Assembly: GCA_964016885.1 (NCBI GenBank)
Contig: OZ024759.1
Coordinates: 18,414,001 to 18,478,000 of the forward strand
Length of the DNA: 64,000 bases
Direction: 5' to 3'
Source: Eledone cirrhosa
Lineage: Eukaryota
The notes beneath the pieces are model-generated. The model did no database searches and was not told the origin of the DNA. It was given only the letters and a program-made list of their open reading frames with translations. The translations under genes and the position numbers were made by a program. Below, piece after piece: positions 55,324 to 64,000 of the stretch (positions are counted from its first letter, which is position 1; each line of letters starts with the position of its first letter).

Positions 55324-55519
55324 CCCTTTAATGTTCAAACCGGCCAGAATTCTCACCTTTTTCTCTTGAAACTGGCTGAAACTGGCCACTCAAACTGATG
55401 TTAGGGTATTGTTCTCAAAATAAATACTTTCAAAATCTCATAGATTCGATATTATGTGAGATAAAGCATTTACCATAAAAATATAATAGTATATATAGAG
55501 TAATGTGAATGCTAAAGGG
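55324..55519. mobile_element. piggyBac-like MITE, opposite orientation to 4681
   Basis: TTAA-CCCTTTA ... AATGCTAAAGGG-TTAA; interior is the reverse complement of 4681-4903. Confidence 0.7.
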
Positions 55520-55706
55520 TTAACGCCTCTTGAAAAAATATCAAATATTCACTTGGCGCGAATAACGCGCTGTAACGCGTGTGGTTTTTAATTATTTCAT
55601 TTATCAGAAATATAATATTGAATAACGCGAATTTGATTTACGCGCCGCGTTCACGAACGCATCTTCGTGTAAAAAGCGAACAGACTATATGTTTGTGTGT
55701 GTATAT

Positions 55707-55764
<58 letters not shown>

Positions 55765-55769
55765 CTTCC

Positions 55770-56032
55770 CGAGGCCCACGGCACAAAAGCTACCTCCCCA
55801 AGGCCCTCGTTACACAAACTACCTTCCCATGGCCCGCAGCACATAACCTATCTTCTCATGACCCTCGTTACACAAACTATCTTCCCATGGCCCGCAGCAC
55901 ATAACCTATCTTCTCATGACCCTCGTCACACAAACTACCTTCCCATGACCCGCAGCACATAAACTATCTTCTCATGACCCTCGTCACACAAAGTACCTTC
56001 CCATGACCCTCGTTACATAAACTATCTTCCCA
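55770..56032. repeat. 29-bp minisatellite organised as 58-bp dimers
   Basis: ccctcgttacacaaactaccttcccatgg alternating with cccgcagcacataacctatcttctcatga. Confidence 0.85.
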
Positions 56033-56959
56033 TCTCTCTCCTAATCTGGAAAAAGTCTGCTGTATTCAAATCTGGAAAGGAGATGGCTCTCCGCCTGGTT
56101 TAAAAGAAAAATGCCCTAGAAACGTCGTTTATCAATACAGCGCACTTACGATGCCCTAAGGGGTTACGGGACCATGCATACAATATATTTTCAACGCAGC
56201 ATCGTCGAGTGGTTAAGCGTTGTTCCGGGTTTGAACCCGCTGTGAGACTTCTCGGTCACAAACGTTTTGTTTGTTTTTTTAACATAGTTTCGGATGGACC
56301 CAAGTCTTTAAAGTGAAATTATGTAGAGAGAAACTGTTAGGAAGTGCTTTGGGCGATCTATATCTATAAATAAAAGAGTCAGTCTCGTCACACAATGTGT
56401 TAAGCTGATTCTCCATAAGATTTACGTTATGGATCCACGTGTCTGTGAAATTAGTCAGACACTCACACGTTAATTTCATGAGCAGGCCGTTCCCTTGATC
56501 GAACAAATGAAATACGCATCATCGAAGCTACTAGATGTTCATTTACTTTAATAATATAGCATACAATTTGATATTCGTAGGATATGTTATTATTTTTCGG
56601 AGCCTAGATATGTACCGCTAGTATTGTCTAATTTTCTTTTGTAATATTCTGAATGAAAGAGTCCGTCCCATGTGTCTCTTCTTTGTAGTGGTTTGAATGA
56701 TAGTGTCTGTGGTTAAATTGATTTGCAGTCATTATAGTCATAATGCATTTTAGTTATAGTAATATCATATGTGATGGTGGATGCATGTATAACTTATTTT
56801 CCAAAGCAATTACTACTGACTGGGCATATGTTTTGAAAATGGCAATTAAACAACATTGCTTGTCTTTTGTTGTTGCTGTCTGGGTTCCGATGTTCGAATT
56901 ATTGATGGCAGAATCGTGAGAACGTCGGTCAAGTTGCTTTTCGGCATTCAATCATATTT

Positions 56960-57755
56960 TCAAATCACGCTGAGGTCAACTTTGCCTGTCATCCTTCCAG
57001 GGTAGATGAATTTAAAGCATCAGTTATGTACTGGGATCGATATAATCAACTTTCCATTCTCCCCCAAATTGCTGGGGGCGGATGTGCCATAAAAAGTAAG
57101 GGCGATGGACTGGCGGTATCGATAGAGCGTTGGACAAAATATTTTGCGTATTTGGTCATAATTTCCTATGTTTCCAGTTCAAATCCCGCCGAGGTCAACT
57201 TTGTCTTTTATCCTTTCAGTGCCGATAAAATATAGTATAAGTCGAGTATCTAAGCGAGTATAAGTCGAGTATCTAAGCGAGTATAAGTCGAGTATCTAAG
57301 CGAGTATAAGTCGAGTATCTAAGCGAGTATAAGTCGAGTATCTAAGCGAGTATAAGTCGAGTATCTAAGCGAGTATAAGTCGTGTCTAAATTAGAAGCCA
57401 TGGATTGATAGAGCGTTAGACATCATGCTTTGCAGCATAGAGCTGACACCTTTACGTTCTCAGTTCAAATCACGCCGAGGTTTACTTTGCCTTTCATCCT
57501 TGCGGGGTCGATAAAATAGTGTACCAGTAATGCACTGGGTAATTTCTAGCATTGTGCCAAAAGTAGAAACAATTATTAATAGATGCTAGAATGGATATGA
57601 CTAATACTGGAATGACAGTATCGGTAGAGCGTCGGACAACACGCTTTGCGGCATATAGTTACGTTCTGAGTTCAAATCCCGCCGAGGTTAGCTTAGTCTT
57701 TAATCTTTACGGGGTCGATAAAATAAAGTACCAGCAACACACTGGGTCGATTTAG
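56960..57755 (+). mobile_element. Cluster of four same-orientation SINE family A copies
   Basis: Cores near 56960, 57180, 57465 and 57670. Confidence 0.75.
57234..57381. repeat. 23-bp perfect minisatellite (~6 copies) at a SINE 3' end
   Basis: Unit agtataagtcgagtatctaagcg. Confidence 0.9.
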
Positions 57756-57854
57756 TCCTTATACTCTCCAGGTTGTTATGCTAACGTAACTCACAGCAGA
57801 GCCCATCCCCTCTCCAGGTCAATTTCTTTTCTTCAGAGAAATAAAGAAGGCGCA

Positions 57855-59915
57855 GCTACTTCTCCGAATTGAGAGATCACAGCTCCGATACTATGGACAT
57901 GTGGTTAGAACGTCTCAGGTAAGAATCACTGGAGAGTCACTCCAGGTAGAGCCACTACTTCTCCGAATTGAGAGATCACAGCTCCGATACTATGGACATG
58001 TGGTTAGAATGTCTCAGCTAAGAATCACTGGAGAGTCACTCCAGGTAGAGCCACTACTTCTCCGAATTGAGAGATCACAGCTCCGATACTATGGGCATGG
58101 GGTTAGAATGTCTCAGGTAAGAATCACTGGAGAGTCACTCCAGGTAGAGCCATTACTTCTCCGAATTGAGAGATCACAGCTCCGATACTATGGGCATGGG
58201 GTTAGAATGTCTCAGGTAAGAATCACTGGAGAGTCACTCCAGGTAGAGCCATTACTTCTCCGAATTGAGAGATCACAGCTCCGATACTATGAGCATGTGG
58301 TTAGAACGTCTCAGGTAAGAATCACTGGAGAGTCACTCCAGGTAGAGCCATTACTTCTCCGAATTGAGAGATCACAGCTCCGATACTATGAGCATGTAGT
58401 TAGAACGTCTCAGGTAAGAATCACTGGAGAGTCACTCCAGGTAGAGCCATTACTTCTCCGAATTGAGAGATCACAGCTCCGATACTATGAGCATGTAGTT
58501 AGAACGTCTCAGGTAAGAATCACTGGAGAGTCACTCCAGGTAGAGCCATTACTTCTCCGAATTGAGAGATCACAGCTCCGATACTATGAGCATGTAGTTA
58601 GAACGTCTCAGGTAAGAATCACTGGAGAGTCACTCCAGGTAGAGCCACTACTTCTCCGAATTGAGAGATCACAGCTCCGATACTATGGACATGTAGTTAG
58701 AACGTCTCAGGTAAGAATCACTGGAGAGTCACTCCAGGTAGAGCCATTACTTCTCCGAATTGAGAGATCACAGCTCCGATACTATGGGCATGGGGTTAGA
58801 ATGTCTCAGGTAAGAATCACTGGAGAGTCACTCCAGGTAGAGCCACTACTTCTCCGAATCGAGAGATCACAGCTCCGATACTATGAGCATGTGGTTAGAA
58901 TGTCTCAGGTAAGAATCACTGGAGAGTCACTCCAGGTAGAGCCACTACTTCTCCGAATTGAGAGATCACAGCTCCGATACTATGAGCATGTGGTTAGAAC
59001 GTCTCAGGTAAGAATCACTGGAGAGTCACTCCAGGTAGAGCCACTACTTCTCCGAATTGAGAGATCACAGCTCCGATACTATGAGCATGTGGTTAGAACG
59101 TCTCAGGTAAGAATCACTGGAGAGTCACTCCAGGTAGAGCCACTACTTCTCCGAATTGAGAGATCACAGCTCCGATACTATGAGCATGTGGTTAGAACGT
59201 CTCAGGTAAGAATCACTGGAGAGTCACTCCAGGTAGAGCCACTACTTCTCCGAATTGAGAGATCACAGCTCCGATACTATGAGCATGTGGTTAGAACGTC
59301 TCAGGTAAGAATCACTGGAGAGTCACTCCAGGTAGAGCCACTACTTCTCCGAATTGAGAGATCACAGCTCCGATACTATGAGCATGTGGTTAGAACGTCT
59401 CAGGTAAGAATCACTGGAGAGTCACTCCAGGTAGAGCCATTACTTCTCCGAATTGAGAGATCACAGCTCCGATACTATGGGCATGTGGTTAGAACGTCTC
59501 AGGTAAGAATCACTGGAGAGTCACTCCAGGTAGAGCCACTACTTCTCCGAATTGAGAGATCACAGCTCCGATACTATGGGCATGTGGTTAGAACGTCTCA
59601 GGTAAGAATCACTGGAGAGTCACTCCAGGTAGAGCCATTACTTCTCCGAATTGAGAGATCACAGCTCCGATACTATGGGCATGTGGTTAGAACGTCTCAG
59701 GTAAGAATCACTGGAGAGTCACTCCAGGTAGAGCCATTACTTCTCCGAATTGAGAGATCACAGCTCCGATACTATGGGCATGTGGTTAGAACGTCTCAGG
59801 TAAGAATCACTGGAGAGTCACTCCAGGTAGAGCCACTACTTCTCCGAATTGAGAGATCACACACAGCTCCGATACTATGGGCATGGGGTTAGAATGTCTC
59901 GGGTAAGAATCACTG
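57855..59915 (+). repeat. 96-bp in-frame tandem array (~21 copies) derived from an RTE LINE coding segment
   Basis: Each unit encodes ESLQVEPLLLRIERSQLRYYGHVVRTSQVRITG. Confidence 0.95.
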
Positions 59916-60130
59916 GACAGGTTTTACAGAGGAAACCAACAGGCAGGAGACCCAGGGATAGACCCGGAGCAAAATGGTTGGATAACATCCATGAGCTTGG
60001 TTGGTCTCGCTTGAGTATCCAGCTGGATTAGTTGGAGATAGTTGCTTCTGACAGGACTTGCTGGAAGGAGTGTTTGAGGACTCTGCCTCCACGACCTTTT
60101 CAGGAATAAGAGGGCGAAGAAGAAGTAGAA
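59865..60130 (+). mobile_element. RTE (Expander-like) LINE 3' end continuing from the array
   Basis: QVLQRKPTGRRPRDRPGAKWLDNI...LPPRP, then a gaagaagaag-type tail. Confidence 0.8.
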
Positions 60131-60719
60131 AAGCGATATGGAGGAAGAATTGATCTCAGTACTCGACTAGTACTAGCACTGTTTTTTTTTTAACGATCTT
60201 GATGGCTTTGAACTTTGTGAGCAGAGAGCCGGAACGAATACCACAAAGCATTCAATCCAACGTTCTAACGACTCTGCCATTTCACCGCCTATATGCTACA
60301 ATATAAATTGCATAGAATATGCAATTTATAGAAGTTCTCCTAGTAGGGAACCAGTACATTGATTTATTTATATTTATAGATTATTTTACTCTTATTTTTT
60401 AATTTGTAATTACTGTTTTTGCTGTTCGTGCACTTTCTGTACTTATAGTACACCTTCTTCAATATTAATGCACTTTTTCTATTTAAATGCATTGCTTCAA
60501 TCTTAGTGCATTAGCCTTAAGCATAGTGCGTCATCTACCTTAGAGAATCTTCTTTTAATTTTAATACGTTTCTTGCAAGTACGGAGAAGGGGAGCAGTAC
60601 GGAGTTTTTATTTATTTATTCTTTAGTGAAAGTCTCTTCCACACTCTGAATGTTGGTGAAATGTATTAAATTTACACTAACAATGAAGAAATATTCAGTA
60701 AAATGTATCCAAGTTTATC

Positions 60720-62015
60720 TTTAGCTACTGCACTGATACACTGGCTGAAATACCCATTAAAATATCCCCAAGACTCTCCTTAGCTACTTGGGTACTGCAC
60801 TGATACACTGGCTGAAATATCCATTAAAATATACCCAAGACTCTCCTTAGCTACTTGGGTACTGCACTGATATACTGGCTGAAATATCCATTAAAATATA
60901 CCCAAGACTCTCCTTAGCTACTTGGGTACTGCACTGATACACTGGCTGAAATATCCATTAAAATATCCCCAAGACTCTCCTTAGCTACTTGGGTACTGCA
61001 CTGATATACTGGCTGAAATATCCATTAAAATATACCCAAGACTCTCCTTAGCTACTTGGGTACTGCACTGATATAATGGCTGAAATATTCATTAAAATAT
61101 CCCCAAGACTCTCCTTAGCTACTTGGGTACTGCACTGATATAATGGCTGAAATATTCATTAAAATATCCCCAAGACTCTCCTTAGCTACTTGGGTACTGC
61201 ACTGATATACTGGCTGAAATATCCATTAAAATATACCCAAGATCTCCTTAGCTACTTGGGTACTGCACTGATATAATGGCTGAAATATTCATTAAAATAT
61301 ACCCAAGATCTCCTTAGCTACTTGGGTACTGCACTGATATACTGGCTGAAATATTCATTAAAATATACCCAAGATCTCCTTAGCTACTTGGGTACTGCAC
61401 TGATATACTGGCTGAAATATTCATTAAAATATACCCAAGATCTCCTTAGCTACTTGGGTACTGCACTGATATAATGGCTGAAATATTCATTAAAATATAC
61501 CCAAGATCTCCTTAGCTACTTGGGTACTGCACTGATATAATGGCTGAAATATTCATTAAAATATACCCAAGACTCTCCTTAGCTACTTGGGTACTGCACT
61601 GATATAATGGCTGAAATATTCATTAAAATATACCCAAGATCTCCTTAGCTACTTGGGTACTGCGCTGATATAATGGCTGAAATATTCATTAAAATATACC
61701 CAAGACTCTCCTTAGCTACTTGGGTACTGCACTGATATACTGGCTGAAATATTCATTAAAATATCCCCAAGACTCTCCTTAGCTACTTGGATACTGCACT
61801 GATATACTGGCTGAAATATTCATTAAAATATACCCAAGACTCTCCTTAGCTACTTGGGTACTGCACTGATATAATGGCTGAAATATTCATTAAAATATAC
61901 CCAAGATCTCCTTAGCTACTTGGGTACTGCACTGATATAATGGCTGAAATATTCATTAAAATATACCCAAGATCTCCTTAGCTACTTGGGTACTGCACTG
62001 ATATGCTGGCTGAAA
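60720..62015. repeat. 66/67-bp minisatellite (~19 copies) with an internal inverted repeat
   Basis: tacccaaga(c)tctccttagctacttgggtactgcactgatatactggctgaaatattcattaaaata. Confidence 0.95.
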
Positions 62016-62057
62016 TTTATCCTCTTATAGATGTGTTACTATAGACCGAGATGTGTG

Positions 62058-62170
62058 GTTCAAATCCCGCCGAGGTTAACTTTGCTTTTCATCCTTACGG
62101 GGTCGATAAAATAAAGTACCAGTAATGTACTGGGTAATTGCTGGCCTTTTGCCTAAAGTAGAAACAATTA
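62058..62170 (+). mobile_element. SINE family A 3' half
   Basis: B box, conserved core and tail. Confidence 0.8.
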
Positions 62171-62543
62171 TGTACGTACTACGCTTTCTACACACAATGA
62201 AGTCTACACAAGTACTAATTCCTGCGATATGGTGTTCAGACTAAACCTTCTACATACTACATACCATTGCGACCTGTCATAGCTGTAATATAACGTAAGG
62301 ACTAACGACTTTACACGTCATGTGTATATATATATATTTATATATATATATTTATATATATATAGGAACGATCGACTTTCGTCAAATCGGACCGAGGGAA
62401 CAATGTTTCCGTCGGTCTTTCCAATTGCTAATACTACCTATCGGTCGCAACTCCAGGTAGAAGGAGCAACGTGAAATAAAGTGTCTTGCTCAAGGACATA
62501 ACGCATCACCTGGTCCAGGAATCAAACTCACATATATCGAACT

Positions 62544-62594
<51 letters not shown>

Positions 62595-62943
62595 AAATGT
62601 GCGTGAACGACCCAGCATAAATGTGTTGAGACAGAAACTGTGTCTGAGAGGGATAGAATGTAGTGTACGGGAGAGGAGACTGAGGTGGTATGGACATGTG
62701 ATGCACATGGAGGATGACCGATGGGTGAAGAAGTGCCAGGAAATGCCAGTTGAAGGAAGACGTGGTAGAGGTAGACCACGAAAAACATGGGCGGAGGTGG
62801 TGAGAACAGACCTCAGATCGTTGAAGCTCACGGTGGAGATGACGAAGGACCATGACGAGTGGAGAGATGCTGTGCTGAATAAGACCCGTCCTACCTTTTC
62901 AAGCAGGGAAAAGCGGACGTAAAATGATGATGATGATGATGAT
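62595..62943 (+). mobile_element. 5'-truncated RTE LINE 3' end with (ATG)n tail
   Basis: RRLRWYGHVMHM...GRGRPRKTW; same family as 8848-9740. Confidence 0.85.
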
Positions 62944-62972
62944 ATATATATATGTGTGATTGCGTGTGTATA

Positions 62973-63033
<61 letters not shown>

Positions 63034-63764
63034 TAAAACATGTCTATAGAATCACAAGATCAAATATATACTATTTCCTCTCCCAATTAGCATAATTAAC
63101 TATATAAAAAATCGAATAGACCAGGCTATAAGAATGAGGCTTCTATGAAGAAATCTCCGACAAATAACCGAAACCAGCCCTTCGCGTCGGCCGTAGCGGA
63201 ATATTTATTGAATATTTCGACAGCGTAATCACCCAGATATAGTCAACTAAACAGAATTAGGTGTAAAATAAACTAGGAGAAAATAGAATACATTTAAATA
63301 CCTCTACCATGGTTTCGTCCGTATTTTGAGTTTTCCAATAATTATGTAATAATTATATAAACTCGAGCATATATGTATGTATGTGTGTGTAAGTAGATAT
63401 ATGTGAGAATGTGTGTGTGTATATATATATATATGTGAAAAGTAAATGGATAAACAAGATTGGGAAACGATACAGTACAATGCTTGATATAATCAGAAAT
63501 GATTTTTAACGTTTCATCGGAAGCTAAATCCGATATAAAAGAAATAGATAGAGAGTAATAATAATAATAATAACTATATATATATATATGTGTGTGTGTG
63601 TATATATATATATATAATGTGAGTGTATATAAGTAAATATATAAATGCATATAGAAGTGTGTGTATGTATATACATATGAACACAAGCAATTTCTTCCAG
63701 AGAATGAGAGAGAGAAAAAGAGAGTGATAGAGAGGAAGTGTGAAAGAGACATAAACAATCAACC

Positions 63765-63903
63765 CCCCAATACTCCTTTTATCGGCCTCAAAATTTTGGA
63801 AGAGAAAGTTGACCTCAGCAGGATTTGAACTCAGATACCTGGAACAAATGCCACAAAGCATTCTATCCGATGTTCTGATAACTTTGCCAATTCATTCGCC
63901 ACC
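63765..63903 (-). mobile_element. Diverged SINE family A
   Basis: aaagttgacctcagcaggatttgaactcag. Confidence 0.65.
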
Positions 63904-64000
63904 TAATGTTTGTATGCCTTGAGTCAACAATGTGTTAGCATTTCATGCAGGGTGGTTCTTCTGAAAACAACAACAATCTCTGAAGATGAAATCAGTTCCA

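Noticed and set aside
60720-62015. CTGATA...GAAA in the 66-bp unit as a hammerhead retrozyme
   Set aside because: The core is CTGATAT/CTGATAC rather than CTGANGA, and the required stems are absent

Overview
AT-rich, microsatellite-dense animal genomic DNA, most consistent with an octopus or other coleoid cephalopod (inferred from the repeat families). The only host gene sequence I can support is a ~1.16-kb terminal coding exon (3455-4616, +) whose motifs match INPP5F/Sac2. The rest is (TA)n/(CA)n/(ATC)n microsatellite, tRNA-derived SINEs, RTE, Tx1/L1 and Penelope fragments, two DD37D (maT) Tc1/mariner copies, piggyBac-type MITEs, and homogeneous tandem arrays (48, 60, 66/67, 81, 96, ~200 bp), several visibly grown from inside retroelements. 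The most unusual part is a ~18-kb block (~26.7-45 kb) nearly free of microsatellites. It holds nested direct and inverted duplications centred on a ~1.3-kb palindrome with a GC-rich multi-hairpin core (~40.2-40.6 kb), tandem AT palindromes, arrays of Pol III B-boxes, and two related convergent GC-rich modules that look like Pol III structured-RNA genes. I cannot assign this block to a known element; a viral or large DNA-element origin is a hypothesis only. Coordinates were read by eye, and repeat edges are approximate.
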